From the NCBI RefSeq assembly GCF_018350175.1, contig NC_058368.1:145888001-145952000 (forward strand): DNA of 64,000 bases, written 5' to 3'. The notes under the pieces are model-generated. The model worked only from the letters and a program-made list of their open reading frames with translations. It searched no databases and was not told the origin of the DNA. This document shows positions 48,860 to 60,780 of this stretch, piece after piece. The stretch comes from Felis catus (taxonomy: Eukaryota). Both the position numbers and the translations under genes were made by a program. The stretch's first letter is position 1. Every line of letters begins with the position of its first letter.

Positions 48860-49440
48860 TAGGGGTTAAGTGAAAAATGGGCTGGGGGTCCTATCACTCT
48901 AAATTTTACTCAGTGACGTATTAAAAAAAATAAGAACTTTATAAAGCTAGTAGCACAGTTTACACTGTTAAATGGTTCAAGAACCCATAAATACCATGCT
49001 AAATATGACTCTTTGCCCTGATAAAGACCCGAAGTTAGTTAGTGGAAGTGGGCTTTGCAAGGGATGCAGCTTGTGAGTTACTGTGAAGTGGAGGAAGGAA
49101 GAATTAATTGACATGGGAGGAAAAGTTGTAACACATGATGTATGGGTGTGGCTCATAATACATGCAAGGAACCGAGGAAGCTGGTAGATGTTTAAAAACT
49201 GAGATGTGTACATGTCTGTATTTTGTTTTGTATATTGCTACTTATCTGGTTGTTGAGCTTAGGAGCAGTTTTATTTCTTTACCTACTGCTTCTTGCAGTC
49301 AAAATTACACATAAAGAAATATAAAGTCTGTGTTATTCTCAAATTATTTCCTAACATATTGGTTGCTTTGAAACAAATTTTCATTTTTCAGAACAAGCAC
49401 TATAGTGGAACTGATTGTATATTCAGTGTACAAAAGTGAC

Positions 49441-49470
49441 ATAATGTCCAGATAATTATCTGGACATTAT
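49441..49470. repeat. Perfect 30-bp palindrome
   Basis: ATAATGTCCAGATAA|TTATCTGGACATTAT. Confidence 0.97.
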
Positions 49471-49964
49471 CTAGAAAGGGAAGAAAATTCCACTTCCAAC
49501 AATTGATAATGCCATTAGAGATTTCAGAAACTTTGAATCATGGTAACCCTACAAGGTACTTTCTACACTTGGAAAGTATGTTAGTTTGGCAAGATTTGTT
49601 TCTTTTCCCAAAGTAGATTGGTTACACTTAAAAGTAAATAAAATCTTCTAGATTTTGACTTAAAGATAGTATTAAAGTAATATCTGATGTAGGCTAAAAT
49701 AAAGTAAAAAGAACATAGATTTATCACACTTTTAGAAGAGATACTGGGAGCAAAATATTTATGCTTCTTTTTTTTCATTTTGTTGGTTATCTTATACTCT
49801 AACAGATATAAGAGAGAAAAAAACTATACATGGTGGAAAACAATCACACACTGCTTTTTTAAAACTTAAAATATTTTATATATGTTTTGTTATTGGAAGC
49901 ATTATACTTACTGAAGTATATGTGAACATAAATAGAGTGTTAGAGCACATTATTATGGAATAGG

Positions 49965-50060
49965 AACTTGAGCCCATTGTTGACTGGTTCATTTAGGTAG
50001 AAACAGAATCTTAATAAAACAAAGATCATAAATTTGATACTTAGGGCCTAATTAACTAGT
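49965..50060 (+). mobile_element. Possible ancient tRNA-derived SINE head (MamSINE1-like)
   Basis: agcccattgttgactggttcatttaggtagaa...taataaaacaaagatcataaatttgatac loosely matches a tRNA-like head. Confidence 0.35.
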
Positions 50061-50081
50061 TTCCATTGAAACTAGTTTACA

Positions 50082-50185
50082 TTGACACCAAAGCATGAGC
50101 CATGAAAGCAAAATTGATGAATTAGATCTCATCAAAGTAAAAAAAAATTTGATCCTGTTTAGAACATGGAAACATAAACTATAGA
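50082..50185 (+). repeat. Local direct copy of 47684-47785
   Basis: about 102 bp with six substitutions plus an altered A/T run. Confidence 0.92.
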
Positions 50186-50489
50186 TCTGCCATGTTATAG
50201 TACATTCTTTTGGAATGTATTAGAATGGAATGGAATGGAAATTTATGAAATTATGTATTATTTAAATCTGTCACCACTTGGAAACTCTATTGCATATAAA
50301 TCAATAATATAAAGGAATTCAACTTAGATATCTAGGCAATTAGGCTGCCCATTAGGCATTACTATAATCATGGATTCATTTTTGTATAATTTTTCCCAGA
50401 GCTCAGTCACTGAAATATTATGTGTTGATGCACAAATTACAGGGAGAAAAGCAGCAGATGATCTTCTTGTTCCTAACTTAAAGTTAATA

Positions 50490-50751
50490 ACGACTTCGCT
50501 CATATGAGCAATTTAAGAGACAAAACAGATGAACATAAGGGAAGGGAAGCAAAAATAATATAAAAACAGGGAGGGGACAAATCAGAAGAGACTCATAAAT
50601 ATGGAGAACAAACTGAGGATTACTGGAGGGGTTGTGGGCGGGGGGATGGGCTAAATGGGTAAGGGGCATTAAGGAATCTACTCCTGAAATCATTCTCACT
50701 ATATGCTAACTAATTTGGATGTAAATTTAAAAAAAGAAAATAAAAAAAAAA
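50490..50751 (+). mobile_element. Cat-type L1 (L1_Fc-like) 3' UTR, severely 5'-truncated
   Basis: aaaacagatgaacataagggaagggaagcaaaaataatataaaaacagggagggg...gggctaaatgggtaaggggcattaagga, A tail. Confidence 0.92.
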
Positions 50752-51510
50752 CCCTTAAGATAGCAGGATGAGATGTGGTTATGGAGAAAAGTCTCAGCTG
50801 GATGTTGAAAAATATGCAGTGTATTCTGGCAGTGAAAATATGATGTTAACAATGACAAAAAGAGAGGGACATACATGGGTAAATTGAACTTCAAAAGAAG
50901 TGAACTCCATGGGTTAACACTCCCATGCTTTCTCAAACTCAGTTGTGAATAATAAATTAGTGAAAACCGGAGGGAAAAGTGTTCCATGTTTAATAAAACA
51001 AGGAAATAGACACAACCTGAAACCCCAAATTATAAAGCAAACCTTCCAAATACTAAGAACTCTGCACCAATGAAAAAAAAAAAATGGAGCTGAGTGCCCA
51101 AGCAAGCTTCTTTAGACATCAAGCAGGATAAAAATTTCTTTACAAATAAGTGTTACAGTCCTGAAAAGCCTCACCAATGATTCTTTAAATAAAGACAAAA
51201 GAGCTCGGTTGTGGGCAAACCTAGAAGTAAGACTGTTCCTTGACAGCTAGCTCAAAAAAGCTCAGAATGTTCAGGGAGATAATTATCTCTGCTGTAGCCT
51301 CCTAGCCTACATAAATGATAAGGCGAAGAAGAAACAATCTACCATACCAGGAATTTTATATGAAGAAGCCTGGATGTTTGAATGCCATACTTAAAGGAAA
51401 AAAAAAATATGCACCCAGATAAGAAGAAAAAACAGGCACAGAGAGTAAGTGTCCAAGATAAACTTTGGTTGTAGAGTTATCCATCTATTTCTTCAAAAAG
51501 TGCTTATGGA

Positions 51511-53183
51511 CACAGCAATCAGACAACAAAAAGAAATAAAAGGCATCCAAGTCAGTAAGGAAGAAGTAAAACTTTTACTATTTGCATATGATGTGTCACT
51601 ATATATAGAAAACTCAAAAGAATGCATCCCAAAACTGCTAGAAATGGTAAATGAATTCAGTAAAGTCACAAGATACAAAATCAATGTTCAAAAATCTGTT
51701 GCATTTCTATACACCAATAATGAAGCAGCAAAAAGAGAAAGTAAGAAAATAATCCCATTTGCAATTGCACCAAAAATAAGATACCTAGGAATAAACCTAA
51801 CCAGAGAGGTAAAAGACCTGTACTCTGAAAACTATAAAACACTGATGAAAGAAATTGAAGAAAACACAAAGAAATGGAAAGACATTCCATGCTAATGGAT
51901 TAGAAGAATGAATATTGTTAAAATGTCTATAGTACCCAGAGGAATCTACACATTTAATGCAATCCCTATCAAAATACCAACAGCATTTTTTTTCCAACAA
52001 CATTTTTCACAGAAATAGAACAAAAAATTCTAAAATTTGTATAGAACCACCAAAGAATCACAAAGCAACCTGGAAGAAGAAAAGCAAAGCTGGAGGCATC
52101 ACCATTCCAGACTGCAAGTTATATTCCAAAGCTGTAGTAATCAAAACAGTATGGTATTGGCACAAAAATAGACACAAAGATCAATAGAACAAAATAGAAA
52201 ATTCAGAAAAATGAATCCAAATTTATATGGTTAATTAGTATTAGATAAAACAGGGAAGAATACCCAGTGGTAAAAAGACAATTTCTTCAACAACTGGTTT
52301 TGGGAAAACTGGACAGCAACATGTAAAAGAATGAAACTAGACCACTTTCTTACATCCTACACAAAAATAAATTCAAAATGGATTAAAGACCTGAAAGTGA
52401 TACTTGAAACCATAAAAGCTCTAGAAGAGTACACAAGCAGTAACTTCTCTGACATTGGCCATAGCAACTTCTTTCTGGATATGTCTCCTGAGGCAAGGGA
52501 AACAAAAACATAAAACAAACTATTTTGGTTATATCAAAGTAAAAAGCTTCTGCACAGTGAAGGAAATAATTAACAAAACTAAAAGGCAACCCACAGAGTG
52601 GGAGAAGATATTTTCAAGTGACATATCTAATAAAGGGTTAGTATCCAAAATATATAAAGAACTTCCAAAACTCAATACCCAAAAACAAATAATCCATTTA
52701 AAAAATATACAGATATGATTAGACATTTTTCCAAAGAAGACATGCAGATGGCCAAGAGACACATGAGAAGATGCTCAACATCACTTATCATCAGGGAAAT
52801 GAAAATCAAAACTACCATGAGATATCACCTCACACCTGTCAAGATGACTAAAATCAACAACACCAGAAATAACAGGTGTTGGTGAGGATGTGGAGAAAGG
52901 GGAACACTTATGCACTGTTGCTGGGAAGGCACACTGGTGCAGCCAAAGTGGAAAACAGAATGGAGTTTCCTCAGGAAGTTAAAAATAGAACTACACTATG
53001 ACCCAACACTTGCAGTACTGAGTATTTATTTAAAAAAATAAAAAAAAAACCCTAATTCAAAGGGATACATGCACCCCGATGTTTAAAGCAGCATTATTTA
53101 CAATATCCAAATTATGGAAACAGCCCAAGTGTCCACTGATTGATGAATACATAAGGAAGATTTTATATATATACATAAAGAAG

Positions 53184-53236
<53 letters not shown>

Positions 53237-53622
53237 GGGGGGGGGAATATTGCTCAGCCATAAAAAGAATGAAATACTGCCATTTAGAACTATGTGGATG
53301 GAGCTATAGAGTATAATGCTAAGTGAAATAAGTCAGAGAAAGACAAACACCATTTGATTTCAGTCATGTGTGGAATTTAAGAAACAAAACAAATGAGCAA
53401 AAAGAAAAATGAGAGAGAGAGAGAGAAAGAGACAAACCAAGAAGCAGACTCTTAACTATAGAGAACAAATTGGTGGTTACCAAAGGGAAGGTGGGTGGGG
53501 GATGGGTTAAATAAGTGATGGGGATTAAGGAGTGCACTTGTCATGATGAGCACCAGGTGATGTATGGAAGTGTTGAATCACTATATTGTATGCTAACTAA
53601 CTGGAATTAAAATAAAAACTTT
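51511..53622 (+). mobile_element. Carnivore LINE-1, 5'-truncated (ORF2 RT/C-terminal part plus 3' UTR), inactive
   Basis: ORF track peptides [65 protein letters not shown] broken by stops and frameshifts; degenerate TSD aaaaagtgcttatgga / aaaaagtatttattga within an L2 end. Confidence 0.96.
53189..53245. repeat. (TG)22 followed by G10, inside L1
   Basis: direct reading. Confidence 0.97.
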
Positions 53623-54289
53623 AAAAAGTATTTATTGAGGACTTATTTTGCACCAGAACCACTGCTGTCTATTACTGATAGGGCAGTGAAGAGCAGAAAC
53701 ATCTCAATCTTTAGTTACTTTCCAGGGATGCAGATGCATTTGTATTCCCAAGTCAGGAACACTGCTCCTGACACCATTCTTCAGCAAAAAGCTGACTCCA
53801 TTCAAAGATGAGTAATCATTAGAAAAAAAAAATGAAAATGGATCATATACATGAAAAGCAAATAAAAATGAAACAGAAAAGGAATCTCAAGAAGTCAAAT
53901 GAAGAATATAGTTTCTTCTATCAGTGTAAATATTAATTTCATGTCAGTAAAATAAGGCTATATTTTAATCCCAGGGACCAAAAATGAAAATGGAACCGAA
54001 AACCTGTCCTAATGCTAGAGAGTTTGTCAGCCCAGAAACATAGGGTCATGGATTTAACAGCTACATACCAGACAGAAACATGTAGTCATCTGTGCAAGGT
54101 GAGGATTGTATCAAGAATGCTGCAGAGTAGGCAATAAAAATTTATGCCATTTTGAAAAGGGAGACAACAAATTAATTTGTCTTTACAGCCGAAAAAAGAA
54201 TTTTCCCCTGAGAATTTGTAACCTAGGCTAACCATTACATGAGTATGGAGTTTAAAATTTGGGCTACCTGTGCAGTTGAGGAAACTCAT

Positions 54290-55500
54290 AATAGGAAATT
54301 AATTTAAAGTGACCCTAAATGCTTCAGAGTCTGTGCAAGAAACAAATACAAAACTTCTCTGAAGGAATGCCTCTTCAATTTAGGATTATCACCAACCTAA
54401 GAGCACACAACCCAAATTATAAGCAACAGAACAAACTCAAAGATAGCAGAAATAAGCACAGGAATTAAACCTCTTTGGACTTCAAATTTTGGAAATATGG
54501 AAGAAGCATAAAGTGATTATCTTCAAACATATAAAGAAATAAGAGTAAAACTAAAAGACTATAAAATCAGGCCATAGAAGAACTTCCAGAAATGAAAATA
54601 AAAGTTTAATGGACAGGTTAAATAATAAACTAAATACAACTGAAGGAAAAATTAAGAAACTGGAAGATAGATCTGAGAAAATCGTCCAGCACATACATCA
54701 GAGAGAGAGACATTGAGGGAAAATATGAAAATGAGTTAAACATAGGAAGTGTGATAGAATGAGAATGTCTAAAGATATCTGCTTACAGTTATGAAAAGAG
54801 AAAACAATGGGAGCCAATATTAGAGATCAATGGCTAAGGTTTCATAGCTCAAGAGAAACATCAGTCCAAAAATCAGGATTCTCAACAAATCCCAAGGAGG
54901 ATAAATTTCTTAAAAAATCCATGTCTACACTCATTGTTGTGAAACTGGAGAACACTTAAACCAAACTAAAGATTTTGAAAGCAGTCGGAGAGAAAAGAAA
55001 AAATGATCCATAAAGGAAAGATAGTGATAATGTTAAGGGGTACCAAAGGTTGTATATGACTTAAAATAGTAAAAGAGGAAAAATGAAAGTAAAATAGCAG
55101 AAACAATCCAAAAAGGGTAGAAAAATTGGCAAGAAAAATAGGACAAAGTATAAATACAGCATACGATAGTAGAAATAATAACAAACAGGTCAGCATTCAA
55201 ATTATATACAAACAGGCCAAACACTGTGCTTAAAAGATTGATATTATCATATTGGCTTCAAAAATAGTCTGCCTACAATGTTTGAAAGAGATATACTTAA
55301 AGGGTAAGAACACAAAAAGGCTAAAATTAAGGTATGGAAAAGAATACACCAGACAAACACTCATCAAAAGAAATCTAATGTAAAATTAATGCCAAACAAA
55401 AGCATTTTTAAGACACTAAAACATGAATAATAAAAAGTTACTGTATAATGACAAAAGATTCATTTCACCAAGAAAGTAATACAGTTACAATTTTGTATGC
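54290..55500 (+). mobile_element. Very old L1 (ORF1 and start of ORF2)
   Basis: aatggacaggttaaataataaactaaatacaactgaagg..aactggaagatagatctga; aaaggctaaaattaaggtatggaaaagaatacaccagacaaacac. Confidence 0.75.
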
Positions 55501-55697
55501 ATAGAGATATGTGACTTGGTTACCTGCTATGTGCAAAGAATTTGCTGTATTAACTTTATATTTCTCTTCTTTCTTAATTCACCACTCATAAAAGTCCTGA
55601 TATGAATAGTTCAGACCTGCAAGCATTATCTGCTAGATTTAGAGAGAATTATTAGCATTTCTTCAAGTCAGATATTTCAAGATTTGAAATATTGGCA

Positions 55698-55915
55698 GGG
55701 CGCCTTAGTGGCTCAGTTAGTTAAACATCCCACTCTTGGTTTCATCTCAGGTCATGATCTTGCCGTTTCATGAGTTCAAACCCCACGATGGGCTCTGTGG
55801 GTGCAGCAGGAAGCCTGCCTGGGATTCTCTCTGTCTCCATCTCTCTCTGCCCCTCCCCCACTCACGCTGTCTCTGTCCCTCTCAGGATAAATAACTAAAC
55901 TTAAAAAAAATAAAA
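55698..55915 (+). mobile_element. CAN-SINE (older subfamily)
   Basis: TSD gaaatattggca / gaaatgctggca. Confidence 0.94.
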
Positions 55916-56309
55916 GAAATGCTGGCACTCTGACATATCCTACCATGTATCTCTAGTAATTATGCTATGAATTGCTAATTAATTGGAGGTTGACTACAAT
56001 AGCTCTTCCATGTCTCTTAGTTTTTAAATTTTCAGAGGCTTACTCTGAACGTAGGTAACAAAGACAGATTGCTGGGGAAAGAGAATTATTCCCTGGGCTA
56101 TACCAGCACTTACCTGAGTGTTATTGTACTGATGGGATAGAAAAAGTCAAGGTTAAGAGTGGATGTAACTGCTACACCAATACTGATCTGAGTTGTAAAA
56201 TATCCACACCTGATAGTGTAAAATTTTAGTTTCTTATATGAAAAATTTAGTATCAATTAGATACAACAAATGATGCAGAAGTAGTAAACTGCTGGGGAAA
56301 TAATTTATT

Positions 56310-56560
56310 CCTGGAGTCATTCTACAAATATTTATTGAGATATACCATACATCCTACTTTACTGTTGTCACTACAAAAAGCTAATATCTAGCAGTAGGGG
56401 GTTGGTGCTATAAATAAACAGTGAGGTGTTTATCCTGTGCAGCCAGGATGGACACGTGTACAGTTGCAATGAGGGCACAAAGGAGGAAGTGGTTGTCATT
56501 ACCTAAGAGAGTCCAAAAGCATTTGTACAAAAGGTTGCCTTAAGATGAGTATGTATAATT
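56310..56560 (-). mobile_element. L2 3' fragment
   Basis: gtcattctacaaatatttattgagatatacca...gcaatgagggcacaaaggaggaagtg. Confidence 0.55.
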
Positions 56561-56661
56561 AGTATTGTTATTAATATTATCATCATCATTAAAGAATACA
56601 ATTCAGAAATTTATAAACGTGGAAGCACTTACAAATCAATAGCAATAAAACTTGTATTTTT

Positions 56662-56886
56662 TATTTTTGTATTTAAAAAAATTTAATGTTTATTTTTGAG
56701 AGAGAGAGACAGATATAGCCTGAGCAGGGTAGGGGACAGAGAGTGAGGGAGACACAGAATCTGAAGCAGGCTCCAGGCTCTGAGGTGTCAGCACAGAGCC
56801 CGATGTGGGGCTTGAGCCCGCGAACCATGAGATGATGACCTGAGCCAAAGTCAGCTGCTTAACTGACTGAGCCACCCAGGCGCCCC
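56662..56886 (-). mobile_element. CAN-SINE inserted at the tail of the adjacent SINE
   Basis: TSD aaaacttgtatttttt / aaaacctatatttttt. Confidence 0.95.
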
Positions 56887-56894
56887 AAAACCTA

Positions 56895-57108
56895 TATTTT
56901 TTAAATGCTTACTTATTTATTTTGAGAGAGAGAGAAGACAGTATGAGCAGGGGAGGGGCAGAGAGAGGGAGAAAGAGAGATTCCCAAGCAGGTTTCACAC
57001 TGTTAGCACAGAGCTGGACACAGGACTCAGTCCCACGAACCATGAGATTGTGACCTGGACCAAAATCAAGAGTTGGACGCTTAACTGACTGAGTCACCCA
57101 GGTACCCC
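56895..57108 (-). mobile_element. CAN-SINE (older subfamily)
   Basis: reverse body with caaaatcaagagttggacgcttaactgactgagtcacccaggtacccc. Confidence 0.94.
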
Positions 57109-58307
57109 AGTATTTTTTACTTATAAAGCAACCTCATAAAATGGTGAAGATCAAGGAAGCAAGCTAAGGATAAAAAAAAAAAGTGATGAATCATTTTTTG
57201 GCCAGAATCTTTTAATCATTGCTTTTTAGCCTTGAGTTTGTGTTTGTTTACTGTGGTTCCACAATTCTGACTAGGCATTAAACCTGATAGTTTTTCAGGA
57301 TCCCCCCCCTTACCCCTCTCCCCACCTCTTTGTCAAAGCTTGAGTAGACCCAGTGTGCACACCTGTGAGATCAACTTTCCAGTCTAAATATCTTATATAA
57401 AGTCTTTTGAAGGCAACAGGGTGCACTCACTTAAAGCTTTAAGAATGGAAGCCAATTTTTAATTTGTTCCTCCTGTTTGCTGAAAATATAGTATTGCTCT
57501 TCCAAAGACTTTGTTAGAAACCTGGTTTTCTCTGGGAACAGAGACAGGCAATTTATGGTGATGAATTAGTGTTGAAGGTTAGAGTCAAGAGGTTCTTCAG
57601 TTATTAGAGGTTTGTACTGTTTTAAAAAGGCATTCAATTTGCATAAATATTTCAAGTTTTAAAGGAGCCAGTTCCAAAAGGAAAAGTTATAGCCGTTAAT
57701 AATGACAATCATGATGACAATCAGGACAATAAGGACTACTACTATATCTGACCATATCCCAGGCACCGTACACATATTTCACATATAGTTTCTCCTTTAA
57801 AGGCAAGTGCAAATGAGTGGCATAGTCTTATTAGAATTATGTCAGGGAATCTTTTGTAAAAATGTTGATGGAATAAAAGAAAGAAATCAAACTTGCATTA
57901 GATTACGTTTTGAAGCTATAAAAGCAAAGGAAAAACATGCCTGCTGCCCAAGGACAATGGTGCAATTTTGGAGATACAAAAAGCTGAATTCTACATTCTG
58001 TTTTGCTTTTCCATCAAGGAGAATCATCTTGAGATGGAAAATGGTGAGATGAATATGGATAAGGGGAAATAAGCCAGTATATATACAAAATAACAGCTGT
58101 GAAGAAGTCTACCTACAGTCTTGAATGTATTCAATCACAAGGTGCAAAGAGAACGTTCAAAGAAGAGTGGCAGCAATCTTAGAATCTTGGAATACAGAGA
58201 ACTGCTAGAAGACTAAGGATATGTGTGTGTGTAAATCTGCTGATTTACAACAAGAGAAAAATATATTCCACAAACTACTTTGAGTGACAAGATTCTAAGA
58301 GATATTA

Positions 58308-58385
58308 TTGTATTTCCTTGATTCTAAGTCACCCCTTTCTTTTTAGCACATTAACATTTTGGAAAATGGGAAGTGTCTAATACAC
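58308..58385. mobile_element. Possible TcMar-Tc2 (MER104/Kanga-like) terminal fragment
   Basis: tgtatttccttgattctaag...cacattaacattttggaaaatggg..gtgtct resembles the recalled terminus. Confidence 0.4.
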
Positions 58386-59019
58386 CAGAGACAAAGTACA
58401 CCCTCTAGCCACCCACTAGACCCAATATAGATTACACCTACAAATGCATTAGTGATGATTAGCTACCACATAATCTTCCACTAAGTTCTTTGCATTTGAC
58501 ACTTGTGGTTGGATATGAAACCAAATTTTTCCTTTTTTTTCCTGTTACACAAATTATCTTAAAAACAAGTATGATCTAGCACTGGAATGAAATGAATACA
58601 TATTGTAAAAGAATGCAGTTGTGAGTGGTAAGAATGGTCACGTTTTCTGGAATAGACTATAGAATTTTCAAAGCTCAAAGTGTTTGGTGTGACCAATATA
58701 TCTCATATCCTCTACTTGTCAAAAAACTTCAGGATACATATTGAAATTTTATTAACAGCCAAGCCTAAAAGTAACAAGAGGACATGATCATGAGTGTGGG
58801 TTGTGAAAAGAATATATGGTAAGGCCATAACGATTCAAAAGAATCCTTAGACTCTAAATGTAAATAAGACGGAGACATTTGAAAGTGGTATGTAATTATA
58901 GGGTAACTATGTGCTATTTTCAATAAAAAGACAAAAAATGCAATTCCCCCCAAATATATGATGAAATTGATATAGTTTCTTATCATTCTATCATACCAGA
59001 ATTAGATAAAAAGGGCATT

Positions 59020-60330
59020 AAAATAAATTCTTACATTTGTCGTCCAATTGTTTTAGACAGAGGGGTCTAGACAATTCAATGAAGAATAAATGTCTTTTCA
59101 ACAAATGATGCTGACACAATGAGATCTCTATATGCAAAACAAAACAAAACAAAACAAAAAATTTACTCATCACACCATACACAAAAGTTAACTCCAAGTG
59201 GATCATGAATGTAAAGGTTAAAAATACAAAACTGTTAGAAGAAAACGCAGGAGTAAATCTTCATGATCTTGAGTTAGTCAATGGTTCCTTAGGATAGAAA
59301 ACCAAAACCACAAGTGATAAAAGATTAATAAACTGGACTTCATCAAAATTAAAAGTTTTTGTGCTCCAAAGGATACCACCAAGAAAGTGAAAAGACCGTC
59401 CACAGGATGGGGGAAGATGTTTACAAATCCTAGCTCTGTTAGAGACTTGTAGTTAGAATACGTAAAGGACTCTTAAAACTTAACAGTAATAAGACAATCA
59501 GTTTTTTTAAATCTGCACAGGATTTGAACAGGCATTAATCCAAAGGAGGTGGCTAATTAGCACATGAAAAGATGCTGAACATCATTAGTCATTAAGGAAA
59601 TGCCAATCAAAACAATGGGATGATACGTCACACCCCCTAGAGTGGCTATAATAAAAAAGACAGTAACAAATGCTGGTGAGGATGTTGAGAAACTGAAGTT
59701 CATTTATTGGTTGTGGGAATGTAAAATGGTTCAGTCACTTTGGAAGACAGTTTGGCATTAAAATACAGAATTAAGATATGACCCAGCAATTTCACTTTTA
59801 AGTATTTTGGCAAAAGAGATGAAAACACATCCTCTCACAAACTTGTACACAGAAGTTCATAGTAGCTAAGAGTGGAAATAATCAAGATGCCCATCATCTG
59901 ATAAATGGATGAATTAAATGTGGTGTTTACATACAATGAATATTATTTAGCAACATAAATGAATGAAATACTGATACATGCTACCACATGGAACATCCTC
60001 AAAATATTATATAAAATGAAAGAAGTTAGTCACAAGAGAACAAACACATTGTATAAACCACATAGGAAATGTCCAGAATAGGCAAATACATAAAAAGGAA
60101 AGTAGTTGCCTGGGACTACAGGGAAGGGGGTAGGAATTGGGTAGGAGGGATGGGAAGTAACTGCTAATGGGTACAAGATTTCTTTCTGGGGTGATGAAAA
60201 TGTTCTACAGTTAGATTGCAATGATGGTTGTAAAACTCTATAAATACACTAATAACCTTTGACTTGTATACTTTAAGAAAGGTGAACTTTGTAGTATGTA
60301 AAGTATTTCTCAACAAAGCTGGTTTTTTTT
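59020..60330 (+). mobile_element. L1MB-type 5'-truncated L1
   Basis: ORF2 end (tgtcttttcaacaaatg; aaactggacttcatcaaaattaaaa) and 3' UTR (actgctaatgggtacaagatttctttctggggtgatgaaaatgttct); flanks aagggcatta / aaaggcatta. Confidence 0.92.
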
Positions 60331-60369
60331 AAAGGCATTAGGATAAGTTCTAGAACAGATGGAAGAGAA

Positions 60370-60780
60370 ACCAGAGATCATAAGAACCCAGACTGAGTTT
60401 ACTAAAAATAGATCAAATTGGACTAGCTTCCTGTCACAGAGTTATTATCTACCAGATTCAGAAATGCTATAACCCTGTGTATCAGGATTTCATTAAGATG
60501 TACTTTAAAGATCTCTCAAGACGTCCCATTGGATAATTGGACAATGTGGGGAAATATGGCCTGAAATGGAGAGTTGTACAAAAACAGGCTGATTAATGAA
60601 TGTATATTATTGTTAGAGGGATACTTCATTGTGAAATACAGTTTTATATATATAATTTTATTGTCACTTTTATCAATAATTTGGTATAGGATAGATCATT
60701 GGGAATAATCATTTATTGAATCTTAGCAGAAAAATGCTAAATATCATTGACAAAAGATCTCAATACATTTGCTAATTTTT
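60370..60780 (+). mobile_element. L3/CR1 ancient LINE RT fragment
   Basis: gagtttactaaaaatagatc..gactagc...gaaatgctat..gtgtatcaggatttcattaag..aaagatctctcaagacgtcc follows the GF..KSC.TNL..D.VYLDFSKAFDKV.H region of CR1 RT, heavily decayed. Confidence 0.55.

Larger units (their letters stand above)
47601..49417 (-). mobile_element. Tigger13a (TcMar-Tigger), complete, split by an L1
   Basis: TIRs cagtcagttctgctgtaa and tatagtggaactgattg, TA on both sides (47599-47600, 49418-49419); internal gcagcttgtgagttactgtgaagtgg and tgggtgtggctcataa. Confidence 0.88.

Noticed and set aside
50210..50240. (TGGAA)n satellite-like run
   Set aside because: Only about three perfect units; simple slippage.
51449..53309. 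ORFs with clear reverse-transcriptase-like L1 ORF2 peptides
   Set aside because: Fragments of a 5'-truncated L1 with stops and frameshifts; the catalytic ADD motif reads AYD. Not a host gene or novel RT system.
9402..57097. Recurrent ORFs such as MAQSV...SAQVMIS...SLEPASDSVSPSLS and their antisense GRGRERGRHRI forms
   Set aside because: Translations of CAN-SINE sequence, not a gene family.
615..57108. tRNA-like A/B boxes and many dispersed similar repeats (tRNA genes or CRISPR-like array?)
   Set aside because: All are SINE heads with CT tracts, A tails and TSDs; irregular spacing, both strands, no cloverleaf or spacer structure.
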